NCBI GenBank assembly: GCA_050084985.1
Contig: JBITNC010000001.1
Location: forward strand, 140,988,001-141,052,000
Source: Nageia nagi
Taxonomy: Eukaryota; Plantae; Pinophyta
Reading direction: 5' to 3'
Length of the DNA stretch: 64,000 bases
How positions within the stretch are numbered: the stretch's first letter is position 1; each line of letters begins with the position of its first letter. The notes under the pieces were generated by a model. The model was given only the letters and a program-made list of their open reading frames with translations. It was not told the origin of the DNA and searched no databases. This document shows positions 28,891 to 44,375 of this stretch, one piece after another. The position numbers were made by a program, and so were the translations under genes.

Positions 28891-30549
28891 CAAGCAATAA
28901 TATGATATAAAAAATATTTTGATCATATGATAACCATTTTGTATGATAAGCATTAATTTAATAATGATAAATAAAATTTTGATAAGCATGCATTTGAACA
29001 AGCAATTTTTTTATAAGCAATTGTTAAGCATATCATAATAAGTGATATGCATGATAATCGATCATGCAATTTTTATCACAGCATGTACTAATAAGCAATT
29101 ATGGACAATTCATTACAATATTCATTGATAAGCAATTCTTGGCAAGATATGCCATTAAGCATTTGATAAGCAATTTAATTGATACAACATTATCCAAATA
29201 ATATATACTAATAAGAACAATAATGACATGCATTTATGACATAAGAAACTAAAAATAGCACATTTAAAACATATTTATAATTTTTTGAAACATGATAAGC
29301 TATGCAAAATAAGAGTCCATTTTATTTTTGATCAATTGTGATACATAAATGAAAAATAGAAATATTTTTTCACATTTAGGTGCATGCACAAAGTATGGAA
29401 AATAAAATGCACATTAAATTACCATTATAACCTAGTGTTAGCACTAGGAAAGTGGCATCATCACCAGGATAAGAAAGTAATTTTTAGAAAGGGAAAGGTT
29501 GGTCAGGTCTGTGCCATGACCATGAGGTGAAAAAGAGAAACAATTTTCAAGGACACAATAGATAAAACAAAATTTGATGATCATTTCAATTCAAGTTTTA
29601 CCAATTTTCCCTAAGGTGGATTTTTGACAATTTATATTTCATTACAGAGAATGATAAACATTTTTATTGCATGCATGAAATGAGCCGAATTTACACAACA
29701 AATTTGAAAATAAATGAGGCTATGAACCCAATGGAAGCATTGGAATAGAGTGATGTTGTACAATTAAAGACATTGAAGGGTATCATATAGAAGACCACAT
29801 ACGAGAGAGTGGTTATTTGATGACAAAAGGAGGTTCTATTTGGCTTAATTGGAAAGGATTAGCAGTCAACTTGAAAAAGAGGTTTTCAATCAATTTATAA
29901 ATAGGTAGAATTGGGTTTCATTTGCACATACTCAATTTGGCAATCGAAGCTCTAGTTTGCAAGGTTATAGGTATTCTACTTAGCTTTTGGAATGATTATG
30001 GTGTGCTATTAGCTTGGTGATTACGTTTATTGGTGATATGGCTCATTGAATAACTTCTCAACAATATCATTGATCTTTAGTTATTCATTCTTCTACTGAG
30101 GGGCATCAGGTACCAAAATTTTCCTCATATTCTAGGTCTATGCAATGTTTATAAGGTTTTTGGTGGTTTACTTTTTCAAATTGGTTAAGTTTTTGCTAAA
30201 TTTAGAATAGGTTTTTATATGCATGGAAGGAAACAAAATAGGTTTTTACTATAAAAATAGGGCTAAAGTTAATGAGTATCTAAAAAATTTAGGAAATGGG
30301 AGTCAAAATAGGGCGACATCGCTAGGATCTTGGCATCATCGTTGGGATGAATTTTAAAAAAAAATAGTAAAATATCACATGTATGGACTATATGCACTTA
30401 CAATTTATGAAAAACACATCATTTAAACTTGAAAAATAGGGTGAAAAGTAATACATTTTAAGTTGTATGTTTTTAAATTTTTAATTTTTTGACATTTCAT
30501 ATTTTTTATGTATTTCATGTTACTGATACATTCCATGTTTGACCTAGAT

Positions 30550-31600
30550 GTAGGATCAAGTTTACTTGATGAGGTGCAAGCCATAGAGTCTGCCTATGGA
30601 TGTGGTCATAGAATTTATTCTAACTTTGGATGAGAAAGGATAGCTAGATACATTTGGGATTAATAACTTGAGAGGGATCATGTATATCCTTTGTGACAAG
30701 TAATTTTTGATTGCCCTTATGGAGCATTGGTGTGATGATACCAACACATTCCACCTATCAATGAGTGACATGACTATCACCCTAACTAAAATCCATCACA
30801 TTTTGTAAGTACCCATGAAGGGTACATTGAAACATTGGGCTACTTTGACTATGGATGAGATGGAGGATTGATAAGGATGAGGCACTATCAATAGCAAAAT
30901 AAGGGTGCACCCCTTCATGACATAGTATGCATGCCCCTAAAGGAGATTGACTTCACCAAATACTTCAAGTTGTATGTATATGTTCTTATCAATATGATTA
31001 TGTGTAGCAATAAGAGCCATGAGTGCTTCCATACTAGTTTTATTCATATAGTGTGAGGGATATGCCTTCGTGGGGAGAGGTATGCATCAGCACCCTACAT
31101 ATTGGCCATGTTATACATGAATATTCATAGTTTTGTATCTATGAAGGGAGGAAGCATTATCGCACACTCATCAATTCTTTAGTCCTAGGCATATGAGCAT
31201 ATTAGTGTGGCTCACATCTATCTTCTTATCGCTATACAGGTGGACATGCCCTATTGGTTTCAATGGTAGATAGTGCAATAGGTAGGTGTGATGCAAGGAG
31301 TCAAGCAGTTTTAAAGATTGCTAGATATTATGGATGAGAATGACTTAGTTTGGGATCCCTATTTTTGACTTGGCAATGTGGGAGGAGTCATATGAGGAGT
31401 TATCATGGAGCATGAATCCATGTCATATCTAGGGTCATATGAAGGTAATGAGTATTACCATCTAAATCGGGTGTTGAGGCAATTCAGCATGATGTAGGAT
31501 GTACCTATGTTGAGGGTGTGGCTGAATATGGCCAGGTACTATCACTATCAATTGATTCCACCAAGGGTTAGTATTGTACCAACATGGAGTACAGATTGGG
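30550..31600 (+). pseudogene. Plant mobile domain (aminotransferase-like, MAIN/MAIL-related) pseudogene, antisense to gag
   Basis: LIALMEHWCDDTNTFHLSMSDMTITLTKIHHIL*VPMKG at ~30710-30825 matches AL.ERW..ET.TFH.P.GE.TITL.DV; HLNRVLRQFSMM*DVP at ~31460-31505 matches P.RV.RQFG..Q.IP. Confidence 0.85.
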
Positions 31601-32332
31601 TTGCATTGGAGGATCATGCCATCAAGGTGCCCATGCCTTTTCATCAGCATACTTTAGAGTACTAATGATGGTGGGACATAGTGAGGCCCATCCCATTAGG
31701 GCTTTAGGATGAGAAGGGTGGTGAGGAAGAGGGAGAGGAGGAGGGGGATGAGGAGGAGACATATATGGAATGATAGGAGCCCATGTATGTAGGGGATTCT
31801 CCACCTTATACTCAATCAACATACCCACATACGCCATTCTCATAGAGAGTTGTGGCTCCCCCAGCAGATACCTCAAGCATACCTAGACTCTAGGGGTTTG
31901 GATGGACTTATTTTTTAAAAGGAAAATTGATAATAAACTATTATCAAATAGGGATATAGACTCATATCATGATGCTACAAGCATAGGTGGCAAGCCTACA
32001 ATTGCAGTTGAAGGCTCAAGATGACTAGATAGGTATCTTACAAGGATAGACAGAGACACTACAGGCTCTACTACATGTGATGCATCATTAAGAGCTAAAG
32101 AGGTTCTTGGACCTGATCACATTTAAGATTAATCATCTCCTTCAATTTTGACACACATTAGCAGCTATATGTACTAGTGGATCGAGGTCTAGGTCTAGAA
32201 GTAGGACTTGAGATCCATCCATGGGTTAGAGTTCTCATGTGGGGAACTAGATTGATGTATAAGTGACATGTTTAGTTACGAACTTATTTTGTACATATGC
32301 TTTATTAATGGATAAATGATATATTTTTTTAT

Positions 32333-32440
<108 letters not shown>

Positions 32441-33999
32441 GCTATGATAGGTTTATATCTACTTTTTAACTTATTGGAACTATATTTGAACTTTGTGGAC
32501 AAGTATACTATAAGTTTTAAACAAGTAAAACAAAATTTAGTTAACAAAGATAAGTACACAAAGAATAAACATGTAAAGACTAAATTTGAACCACTCATTT
32601 AAATAATATAAGCATAAAAGAAATAAATTTATGAAAATAAGTTGCACACATGATGATTTTATCAATCACAATCATACAAAAGTTATGAAAATGAGAAACA
32701 ATCATATCAATTTTGACCATAAAGGAGCGGTAGCATTGGAATACAATGACGGCACTCGAATGACAAGTAGATATGTCTACAAAAAGAATATATATATGTA
32801 GGACATGGCCTAATTATCAAAAAAGAGGCCTAAAATCTAACAAATAGAAATAAATAAAGTTTACAAAATAGCATCCAATTCATTGAATTTGTGAATCATT
32901 TACCGAAAGGTGTAGAAACAAGGATATATAGAGACACATTTTGCTAAAGAAATACATACATCAAAAACATGAAATCAATATTCTGACCACATAGGTTTAT
33001 GAACGGAGTGGCAGTTTTGGGTTCTAGCATCATCGTTGGGTTATCAGAATAGGAGAATGCTCATTTTACAACAAAACATCACCAATTGAGACTAGACAGT
33101 GAAAAAGAAATATAAGAATAGAAAAATACGATAAAACCATTTAGGGAATAGCCCAAACACCATCAACATTAAGGATCATACTTGGAACTGATGGTTGTTA
33201 ATGTTTTTATGATTGTTGTGGTTGTGGGATACTCATAGTATTGGTTTGCAACTTCTTACCATCATCATCGTGTTTCGCTTTGTTAAATTATGGAAATGGA
33301 TTATTGAATATCATCAACCTTTGATTTTGAGGATGTACCAAACTATCTTATACCAATTTAAACTTATGCTATTGCAAAACCTCATATGAAACTTCATGGT
33401 CGAATTTAAATTTACCTTTGTTGTGTAAGTCTTGGATTATATTTCTAATATGAGAACATTCTTTTATGGCATGATCGGCTCTCTGATGTAAATTACAAAA
33501 GAGGTGTGCTTGATATCCTTGAGGTTTAATGAGGGGGGCTCTTTCATTGGTGGATAATAGACCAAGTTCATGGCTACTAAGGCATCCAAGACCTCACTAA
33601 TATCCTCATGGAACTTGGTATACTACCAATGTGATGTTTTAGGTTGTCAAACTTCTATATCATCATGGCTAATACAAGCTATCATTTTGAATTTGGACTG
33701 ATGGTGATAGGTTTTTTAGGAGAAGCATAGGTTTGAACTAAAGCTAGCTTCATGTGAGCTAAGGATTCATTAAAGGCTTTATGAAGGACCTCTTTACTAA
33801 TCATTTCATCTATTAGTTTGTCATATGGGTAATCCTAGAAATTTGAAAAGTCATGCCTACAAGATGGAAACAAGGCTTGAAAAAGAACATACTTCTTTTC
33901 TTTGGTAGGGATTTAGACTTTGTTGGCTACTTTGTACCATTCAATAATTAAATTACTAACAAGTTGACCTTGTTTCTATTTTAGGTTATACATGTCTAA

Positions 34000-34650
34000 A
34001 GGAGATGGTTCTTGTGTTGTGAACAAATTATATCAATCTAAGAGAGTTTTAACATCATAAAAATATGTAATACTTTCATTAGGCAAATTAGTAAACCACA
34101 AGAATTATTCATATTTTAAGCTAAGTGAAAATAATTTAGCTAACAAGTCTTCATCATTTTCAAATGAAATGGAATCTAAGTGATACCTTTGCAAATGTAT
34201 TCTAGGATTAGAATGACCATCAAATATAGTAAATGTTACATATCTTTCATACCTTCTTTGGTAGATGTGATGGAAAAAGGGATTAGTACTTCTTGGAACT
34301 GTAGATGCAAACATGTTAATGCATGCCATGATGAAATCCTTATATTGCTTTAACTATAGCAGTTCTCATAATGCATCATTTGGAGGTACATGTGGTAATG
34401 GTCTGCCAGTATTCATGTGTTTTTCTTTTACTAAACTTATAAATAGACCAAAATAGTAAACTTTTTCTTGTTTTAAAATTCTTACCAAACTATTGACCAA
34501 CTCTATTTGACATTCTGATTCAAAAGCTATATATTCCAAGTTAAGCTTTAAAAACTTTAATTCTCTCTTCAAGATATCAAATTCTACATCTAACCAACTT
34601 GGTCTCTACCTCATGCCAAATGCTATTGTTGGATCCAATTTTTCCATCCA
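34000..34650 (-). pseudogene. Retrotransposon gag remnant
   Basis: FTIFDGHSNPRIHLQRY...DEDLLAKLFSLSL matches the gag motif F..FDG...P..HL..Y...L...F..SL. Confidence 0.75.
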
Positions 34651-37189
34651 AGATTCAAGGATGGGTGGCCTTTGGGGTTCTTCATCTTTTGAAATATCAA
34701 CTAGGTATTCTTTGTTAATGTTATCTTCAAACTATTTATCATAGTCAATAAGTACCTATGGAATGAAAACCCTAGGATTGAGAAAAGATTGGACAAGATT
34801 TATTCAGGTAACAGAGTGGTCGTGCTAGGTCAAGCATCATTGCCAGGGTTATGTGCAATACCAAGGATTTGGTTTGGACTATTAGGTTGAGGAACAGCAA
34901 TAGGGATGAGAAATTATAGAGAAGGAACTTGGTAAGTTTCAAAGTACTTGTAAGCCTATCAAAAAGGGGTTAATATCATATCATGTTCAATTTGTTTGAT
35001 CATCTACCTCTATTTGGTATATTCAAGATCAAAATCTAGGGTAGAACCTAGGAGGTGTTTAATTTCAATATCAACTTCTTACAAAGTTTGAACAAGAAAA
35101 GAAAGACATTTTTTGTAACTAACAATTTTTAACAGTGTGGGATAGACAAAATTTTAGTGAGTACCTCTAATACATTGGGTGAAAGCTCATCAATATTTTC
35201 TTAGTTATTTTTTGCTTCTTTCTAGGCTGCATGGTTACAATCTTTTGAAGAGCTATCATATTCATCATGTAGGTGCAATATTTGTACTCTTTCACTTTGT
35301 CTTCTAGGTGTGTTGGCATAATTCTTGCGTACCCTAGTCTTCTTAGGTTGTACAATAGGATATTTAGGATTTATGTTATCTTTATCAATAGGTGTGTCCA
35401 TTTTTAAAACACTTGAAATGGAATATTAGTCCTATCTGAAACCCTAGGGTGTTGATGTAACTAGTGAAGGATAATGTGATGTATCTAAAAAAAAAGATCA
35501 GGTTCACCAATTATTATAATTGAAATAATTATTATTAATCTTATTTATAGAATAATTAAATTCACCAATTAAATATGAATGATAAGAAATCAATGACATG
35601 AAAGATGACACTAACCTAATTGACTTTGACCAATCAAAATTAGATTTACAAAAAATAAAAACTTGTACTTTACCTGTGATGATGAATGGAGGCAAAATTT
35701 GATCGAAAGAAGATGAATGATGAGCTCCCCTGAAACATGGAGCCACCAATCTGACCTCAACCTAACGATAGTTCTAGAAACCCAATGATAGCACTCAATT
35801 ACCATTCTAGAATGCCTCTTCCTTTTGCTCAATATCATCATTCCATCTTTGATCCATCGAATCTTGCTCATGAAGAAATGAAAGATCATAAGAATGCAGT
35901 CATGAATAAAACAAGTATATTATGACCTATCAATGATTTAGGATTATATCATGTCATGTCATATATTTGATCATGCATAACCCCTCAACCTTTATAGGAA
36001 ATAGGTCTAGTGGTAAGGCTTCTCCTTAGGCTTATTGTGATGTTGAGCTAACCTGTTACCACAAAACATAAAGGTAGATGAGAGTGAACATGAAAAAGAG
36101 CATTTATTTAATAAATTAAATAAATTATTTCAAATACCTAAAAGTGTATTTTAATTAAATTAAGATTCCTTTTCAGATGTTAACAAGTCACAATAATTCC
36201 TATATTATAAGATAACAAGATCTAACGATTTAAGAGAAAATAACTTGCATATATGAGCATAAATTTTCCACAATCCTTTAAGAAATATATATATGATGTC
36301 TTTTAACATCTTTTAAATTCAATGGTTTGTACAACTTATCAAAAAAAAAAATTGAAAATAATATACAACATACATACATACATGTATATATATATCTATA
36401 TATATATACATACTTATGCGTGTAGAGTGAGAGAGAGTTTTCTGGAGACTCATTGCCCCCCTAATAGTTTTAACAACCCAAATTTTATTTTCCAACAGAT
36501 CCATTTTTCTAACACTTCAAGCATATTCATGAAATTAATATGTTATAATAGCTTCGTTAATATGTCAAGTAAAACTTAAATTAAAATTTTGGAAGGCATG
36601 TTAGTGAATGGAATGTTGGTGTCATGGTTAGGATGGTGGAATTTGAACCCAGCAACCTAATTCAAATCTTTGAAATAGCCTTTTAAAAAATATTTCAAGA
36701 ACGTGTTTTAGGACTTGGTTTATTTTTCATCCTTTTATTTTGCATATTCACATTGAGAATATGTTTATGTATATTCACATTGAGAATATGTTCACCAAAA
36801 AAAACTTTGTGAATATGTTTATACAAAATAAATTTATGAATATGCCTGTCGGGAAAAAAAATGATTGACAAGAAGTACGAATGTCAAAAGTCATCAATGT
36901 TCTTACTCTTTGAACATCATCCCAGCTACCCACTTCAGCATAAATATTTTAAAGAACATAAGATGGAGCATATTTAGGCTCCAATAAAAAAATATTACTA
37001 CAACAAATTTTCCTATTCCTGCATTCTTATGTGATCTACAAGCACCATGCAAACACATCCACATACCCAATTTAGGTTTTATGGGAATCTTAAAAATGAA
37101 AATCAAATCTTCCTCAAGATAGTTTGCATCAATATACATAAGTAGTTATGTTCACTTAACAATATGATGTTAGCAATCAACAACATTGT

Positions 37190-37645
37190 CTATTTGTATA
37201 AATATTTAATAACAGCATTTTTTGAAAAATAAAATGAAATAGAGTTTAATCCTTTATACTCGAAAGCTTGCACCATATCATTCTCTAAACTTCTATAGTT
37301 TGCATACATATCTACTAGGGCATTCACAACCACAACATGTGTTAGAAATCCACTTTTAAAGGGATTTTTCTATTTAGACAAATATTTAATAATAAAAAAA
37401 TTTTGAAAAAATGAAATGAAATGTAGTTTAATCCTTTCTACTTTAAAGCATGCATCATGTCATTATCTAAGCTTCCATAGTTTGCATACATATCTACCAG
37501 GGCATTCACAACCACAACATGTGTTAAAAATCCACTTTTAAAGAATTTTTCCTATTTGTACAAATATTTAATAGTAATAATTTTTGAAAAATAAAATGAA
37601 ACATAGTTTACTTTCTACTTGAAAGCATGCATCATGTCATTATGC
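37190..37645. repeat. ~181-bp tandem repeat, about 2.5 copies
   Basis: CTATTT...AAATATTTAATA...TTTGAAAAA...AAAGC.TGCA.CAT.TCATT recurs at about 37190, 37370 and 37552. Confidence 0.9.
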
Positions 37646-38799
37646 AAGAATCTTTAGTTCTTACATTACTTTTCATCAGCAAGAATCTCCACAAGAACAT
37701 TCTCCATGTTTGAAATGATGAACCTAGTGATAAACCCTTTGATTCATAAATATTGTATCAGACAAGGGACAAGATCTAAAATTAACTGTAGAAAAAATAA
37801 CTCATGGTTGAAGCTTACCTGAGTTTAGTAACATAGACAACATCATAATTAAATAAAAAAAAATTGCATGTTTCAAATAAGAAAATAAAAATAAAAACTA
37901 ATTAATTATGATATCACATGAATGACAATAAAGCAATGAACTTTACAAATATTATAAGTATGGTCTTATCTTCAATAAAATAGATAACTTTAGTCTAACA
38001 AAAATATATAATAGAGGATACTTATATCTCATACAAAAGGAAGTGTGTCCCTATGTATAAATCTATAAATTTCTAGCAAATACCCAAAATTCAAGACTAT
38101 TAAATTGTAGATGCTACTCAAATTAAGTTTTAATCACCTAACCTGATAATGTGTTTGGAACTTTTACAACAGAAATGGTAATATGAGGAAATGGAATAAG
38201 AATCCCACTTGCATCAAAATATTACTATTATTTAATTTAGTAGTAAAAAGCAAGGATGCTCTTCTAAACACCTAAAAAGGAATAATTTGAGATTCTCCTC
38301 TCTCAAAAACACACCTCACTACCAACCATCACACCACACCACATCAACAAAGAGGATAAATCATATATTATACCAAGCAAGGAATAGGTTAAAGATACCA
38401 AGTTGTTAAGGGGTCAATGAGTCCCCTAATTACACGTCCTATAAGAAAGTCCATGATTCAAGTAAAATTACAACCTTCAATAAGGTTATACCAATGAATC
38501 AACCTATATCAATACAATATTTATAAATAAGAGTTAATCATGTAATCGTAGTATTAAGAAATATTAAATGTTAATAAATACATTATTGATGTTAAGTGTA
38601 ATTTGAGTTCAATTATTTCAAGATTTCATAAGGTAAGTTTTTATGTTAAAATACTTCTTAATTTTACAAGATACTCATTGTATACTTTCATTTTTATTCC
38701 CACCACTATCAATCCTTGATGATAGATTCATGTATAATATTAACATTATATTATAAATTTAAATAATTAGAAATAGACTTAGCTCTAAAGAGAAATTAT

Positions 38800-41700
38800 C
38801 AATAAGGACATCATGCTCTTTCAAATTTTTGCTTCTACCTTCTTCAACCCTCCTTCCTTCCATCATATGTTACTCTTTGACTAGGCAATGACCTAGCATT
38901 ATGGCATCCAATTCTAAAACATTTTCGATCAACTAGTTGAGTCTTTTCAATTTTGAACATGGTAAGGTTTTTGTTTACTAACTCATTGAGCATGATTTGA
39001 TAGCAAAAGATGGAATTATTGTCTCACCGTTCCAAATAAATTGATTGAAACTAAGAAATCATACCATAAGAGCTCCTTGATTAGGAAATATGTAGGATCT
39101 TGACCTAACTTGGATCAAATTCAATTATAGATGAATATGAAATTGATAGTAAAAGGTAAGATGGATATATCCATCCTACACAAAGAGGTTTTTATATTTA
39201 GATTCTAAATTTTTGAAGATAAAAAATAAGGTAGGGGAGAAGTCCCAATACTGGAGCGAGAACCCAAAGTGGGGATAGTAGTTGTCCCCACTTGGAAAAA
39301 TAGTGGAGCATCATGTAGATCAAAGTAAGTCATATATTTCCTCAATGGAACATCCTATACACACATACATGAATAGAGCTAATATTTTAATATTTTTTTA
39401 ATATTTTAATAATGGGTTTATTATTCATCATTTTTTAATATTATTTTTGTCCATATGGCATTGCACATAGACATTCAACTGCAAGGTGCATCACTATGGG
39501 GTCCCAACCATGCATGCACTGGGGGTAGGGTGCACCATTATCAATCTACCCTTTTACCAAGGAGAAAACACAAATTTCGGTCAACATCAAGCATTACATG
39601 TGGTAGATGGGGTCTAAATGGGACAAAACAAAATTGGCAAGTGCAAAGTTGACTTCCTAACATATCTAGAAAAATAAATACAAAAATTCCATGTGGCACT
39701 CCACATAGATCGGCATATTTAGGATGCACTAGTATGGGGTCTTCTCCCCTACTCCTAAGAGGACCTTGATTTTTCGAGAAAAAAGGCTTGTATCTTAGAA
39801 ATGGTTCAAACGATTTCGATTGAAAAAAAATGTGATAATTACCCTAATATGGATCCAACTACTATAACTTCCCATGGAATTTTGGAATGTTAATATTCTA
39901 GCAAGAATGGCTAAGTCTATTTGTAGCGTTATTGTTATTGAATCCACCATAGTTAATAGATAAAGAATGATAATGGCACAATTTTGTATCAATGCAGACC
40001 TTACAAAGAATATATTATAGAAGATCATTATAAACTCCTTTGATGGAAATTGATAATAGAAAATATACTATGAACATCTCATACCTTGCTACATAATATG
40101 CAAGATTGTAGGCTATGCTACCAAAGATTTTTCTGATAAGCCAAAGGCTCTAGTAAAAGTAAACAATATCAAGAAGAAACCCATTCAAAATAACCCTAAG
40201 CAATAAACATTTACCTTTAAAAATCTAGAAACCAAGGAACTAAAGGCACTTGAATCCCAAAAGATTGTAATAGATAACTCCTTTGAAGCGCTAAAAGATC
40301 TAGAGGTGGAAGAAGGGGGAATAAGAGGTGAAAATGTAAAGTAAGCTCCAAAAGTACAGATTATATATGGATCCCAAATCCTCTTAAATATCATTAGGAT
40401 CACCCCATATCATTCCAGTGGTAAACCAAACAATGTCGATGGAAACTCAAAACCCTACAAGCTTCTTGAATACAAAATGATTCACAAGGAATAAAGCTAA
40501 ACTAACAAAAGTATCAAAAACTTAAGATAATAGAGCTTACAAAGTAACAATTAAAATCCATTCCTTTCAATGCACTCTAAAGCACAATGGGGGTGTCATC
40601 GCCCCAAGAATGTCTAAATGAAGGTACTCAATTGAAACATAAGGGTGTGCAACTCCCCCTCACATAAGAGGTTCCTCAATAACCTCTACATAAAATATAA
40701 GTCAAATATAGTTCTTTTGCAAAAAAAAAAAAAGATGCAAGAGGAAGACAAAGCTAGAAGAATAATTGCAAGCATTTGGAGATATGCAAAATTTTATTTT
40801 TTTCCCGCAATTGGTAAAGCCAAAGGCCTTTGGATTACATGGAACCCAAAAATCCTAAAAATAACTCTTCTCTTCAAAGACTCCAAGTGCATGATAATCC
40901 TCTTCTCTTTTTTGAATCTTAATTTTAAATTTATCGCAACCAACATATACACATCAAATATTCATTTCGAAAGAGTTATCTTTAGGAATAAGCTACTTCC
41001 AGTCATACAAGTTTTTATTTCTCTTCCATGGTTGGTTGGAGGAAAATTTAATATTCCAATCTTCATCAAATAAAAGTTTGGTGGTAATATTAAGATTCCT
41101 AATAGAATGGGCGATCTCAAGAACTTCATAACCTTGTCTAAACTCATTGACATAAAACTCCAAGGTACAAATTATATTTTGAGTAATAGAAGAGTTGGGT
41201 TCAATTTCATCCAATGTAGACTAGATACAATACTTATATTAGAGGATTGGATAATATTATTCCCTCTACATTATAAGAACACTCCCCAAAGGTGAATCAA
41301 ATCATAACCCCCTCTTTCTTTCATTGGATGATCTACAAAAGAAAAATGCCCCTTTCATATTCAATCACCCACCCATAAATATCTGATAGAATGGAAGAAT
41401 GGTGGAATCTCCAAGTAACTAGTACAAAACTGTATCAAGTCACCAAAAATCTCCAACATGTCAAAAATATGCTCAAAATATGGAATAGGGACATGTTATC
41501 TGATATTAACATCAGGAAATAGTATCTTAGAAAGGAATTGGTAGAGAGTGTTATTCAAAACATAGGCATATCAGAAGAATTGGGAAGAAAAAAAAGGACT
41601 ATGGTTGCAAATTTGATAACAATACTCTATCAGGAGGAAGTCCATTGGAAGAAGAATTCAAGGATAAACTGGCTAAAAGAAGGATATAAGAACATAAAGT

Positions 41701-44375
41701 TCTTTAGGACCATCACACTAAAAGGAAAGACCATAGTAGAATTTTTGAAATGTTAAATGGGCAATCAATCATGGAGCTTTAAGAAATAAAAGCAGAAGGA
41801 ATAATATTCTATGAGAACCTCCTATTCAAGGAACATGAGGATGACCTTGAAGCAATTGAAGAACTTATATATAACATTCTCATGTTAATGAATGACAACA
41901 TGAAAAATTCCCTTACAAATTCTTTCTTAAATGAAGAAATCAAACTTTCTCTATTATCCATGGAAAAATACAAAGCATTGGGTCTTGATGGATTCCTTGT
42001 TGGATTCTTCAAATTATTTTAGAGCATACTAGAAAATGATGTCATTGTTATGATGTGAGAATTTCAAAAACCAAACTCTTGCTCAAATCTTGGAATGCAA
42101 CATTACTTGCACTAATTCCTAAAATCCATGGCACTAAGGAGTTCAACGACTTTTATCCAATAAGCTTGTGAAACATAGTGTACAATATCATAGCTAAAAT
42201 CTTAGCAAATTGGATGAAAAGCTTTCTCCCCAAGCTAATATCATCCAAATAGGATAGATTTGTTCAAGATAGGTAAATTATTGACAAAATCATCATAATG
42301 AATCAGATGTTTCACTCCATCAAAACAAAACAAAAATATGTATGTTGTTAAAATTGGATATGCAAAAAGCTTTTGACAGAGTTAGCTATTATTTTCTTGA
42401 CAAAATGTTGAGAAAATTTGGCTTTTCCCCATATTGGAGAAATTGGATTCAAAATTGTATATCTACTCCTAAATTTTTTAATCTTATCAACAGGGAAGTT
42501 GATGGTTTCTTCTCATCACAAAGGGGATAAGACAAGGAGATCTCCTCTCCCCTTATCTCTTCATTTTGATGGTAGAAGCCTTAGGAATAGCTTTCCTAAA
42601 TGCAAAATCTCATAGGCACATTAGTGTTATAACTCTGACTACATGATGTAACAACATCATGCACCATCAATTCATTGATGTCATGGTAATTGTGGGAAAA
42701 GCCTCAACCAAGGAAGCTACAAACATCTTCACGATCCTTCAAACCTATGAGAAGGCCACAATGCAAAAAGTGAACTTCTTTAACTCACAAATCTACTTCC
42801 TTCATACTCCACTCTATAGACAAGCCAAAATTGTAGTTCTTTTCCATTGTTAAATAGAACTCCCCTCTATCTACCTTGGAATGCCCCTCTTCACTGGCCA
42901 AATAAAAGCAGACTATTAGAACTAAGTTCTTGAAATAATCCAATTGAAACTCCTTAGATGGAAAGGTGTCTTACTAAGCCAAGTTGTTAAGCTTCTCCTC
43001 ATCAAAATAATGCTCCAAAGCCAAGCCATTTACATTGTGCTCATGTTTGAGATGTCCGCCTCAATAGCTTATAAACTAGATCAAATATGCAATCAATTCC
43101 TCTAGTCCGTAACTAAAGAAAAAGAAGGATCACTCTTATAGCTTGGGATAGATTTTGCAATGCAAAATTTATTGGTGGACTTGGATTAAGGGAAATGAAG
43201 CACCTCAGCATGGCACTAATAAGAAAGTTCAGTTCGAAGTGGTGTACGGACAAATATAACAAATGGAACTCCATCTACAAAGCCAAATATCTAAATGAAA
43301 GCTCATTTCTCATAATTGAGAACCCTCCTAAAGGTTCTTCATTCTGGAACGATCTTTTGAAGATAAGATCCTTTTTTGGGATAACATTAGCTGAGAAAAA
43401 CCATGTCACTACTCAAATTTGGAAGAGTGCACAAAATGGGCAATGTTTTATCAAGGAGAAAAAGTGACATTACATTTTAAACAATCACACTCAAAGATCA
43501 TGGAGAATCATGGAAGGACCAACCCTTGAAATGGAAAAGAACTTAAAAACCATCTGACAAGAAATTAGAGCCAAATTTAGTGGAGCATAGGACTCTAGAG
43601 GCAAGCCAATATGGAAGTCAGGTGTAATGGAAGGATATAGTCTAGCAACTAGATACATGGTGCTACAAAAGATAACTCTCAAAAAAAAAACCTTTTGAAA
43701 CAAAATTTGGCTAAAAGGTCTACTACTGAAATCGTCTTCTACATGTGGGCGGTTCACCAAAAGAAGATCCTCACCATTGCAAATTGTGCAAAACGAAGAA
43801 GAATAAGTAGATAATCTTATTATATAAGTATTAAGCACCTAGAATAACATTTGACTGAAACCATAGAGATCGCGGAATTGTTGGAAGTGCCATTCTTCCA
43901 AGATTGTTCTTAAATAAATCGTTCTTAAGTATTTCCAAGATTGTTGAAAGAGCTAATTCATCAATGGGAAATACACAATCCCAACAAAATGTTCAATTCA
44001 TTATGGAAATGTGTTATCCCACGCTTCTGGTGGATTGTTTGGAAAGAGCAAAACCGTAGGATATTCATGGAGAAATCAACAACACCTACACTTCTTCAAG
44101 CAAGAATCAAAGGTTCCATGCTCAAGAATTTCAAATATTGTTTATTGCCAACAACAACAATGCATAGAACAAGGAAGATGTTATTCAATGGTACTCCAAT
44201 TTGAATTCGCAAAACACTTCACATAATGTACTGCAAGAAGTTTTTGTAGTGATTTACTTTTAATTTGTAAAACATGTTTTGGGACTCTATTCAAAAAACC
44301 CTTTTAGTAGCTTTTGGAACCCTGTTTAAAAAACTTATTTTTTATTTATTGAAAATATAAATAAAAATAAAATAA
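38800..44375 (+). mobile_element. Near full-length degenerate L1-clade LINE (ORF1 DUF4283-like; ORF2 endonuclease-RT-zf-RVT)
   Basis: ORF1 IWIQL...LPMEFWNVNILARMAKSI; ORF2 starts MKVLN*NIR at ~40618; QCRLD, QEEVHWKKNSRINWLKEG, LLKLDMQKAFDRVS, HHQFIDV, WWIVWKEQNRRIF; A-rich tail at ~44350-44375; 5' end approximate. Confidence 0.92.
39234..39749. mobile_element. MITE with ~22-bp TIRs and TA target-site duplication (Tc1/mariner-pogo-like)
   Basis: TA-GGGGAGAAGTCCCAATACTGG ... CTAGTATGGGGTCTTCTCCCC-TA; removing it restores LINE ORF1 as KNKVLLRGP*FFEKKGLYLRKW. Confidence 0.9.

Noticed and set aside
38150-38600. Possible solo LTR upstream of the LINE
   Set aside because: LTR-like composition only; no termini, TSD or second copy identified
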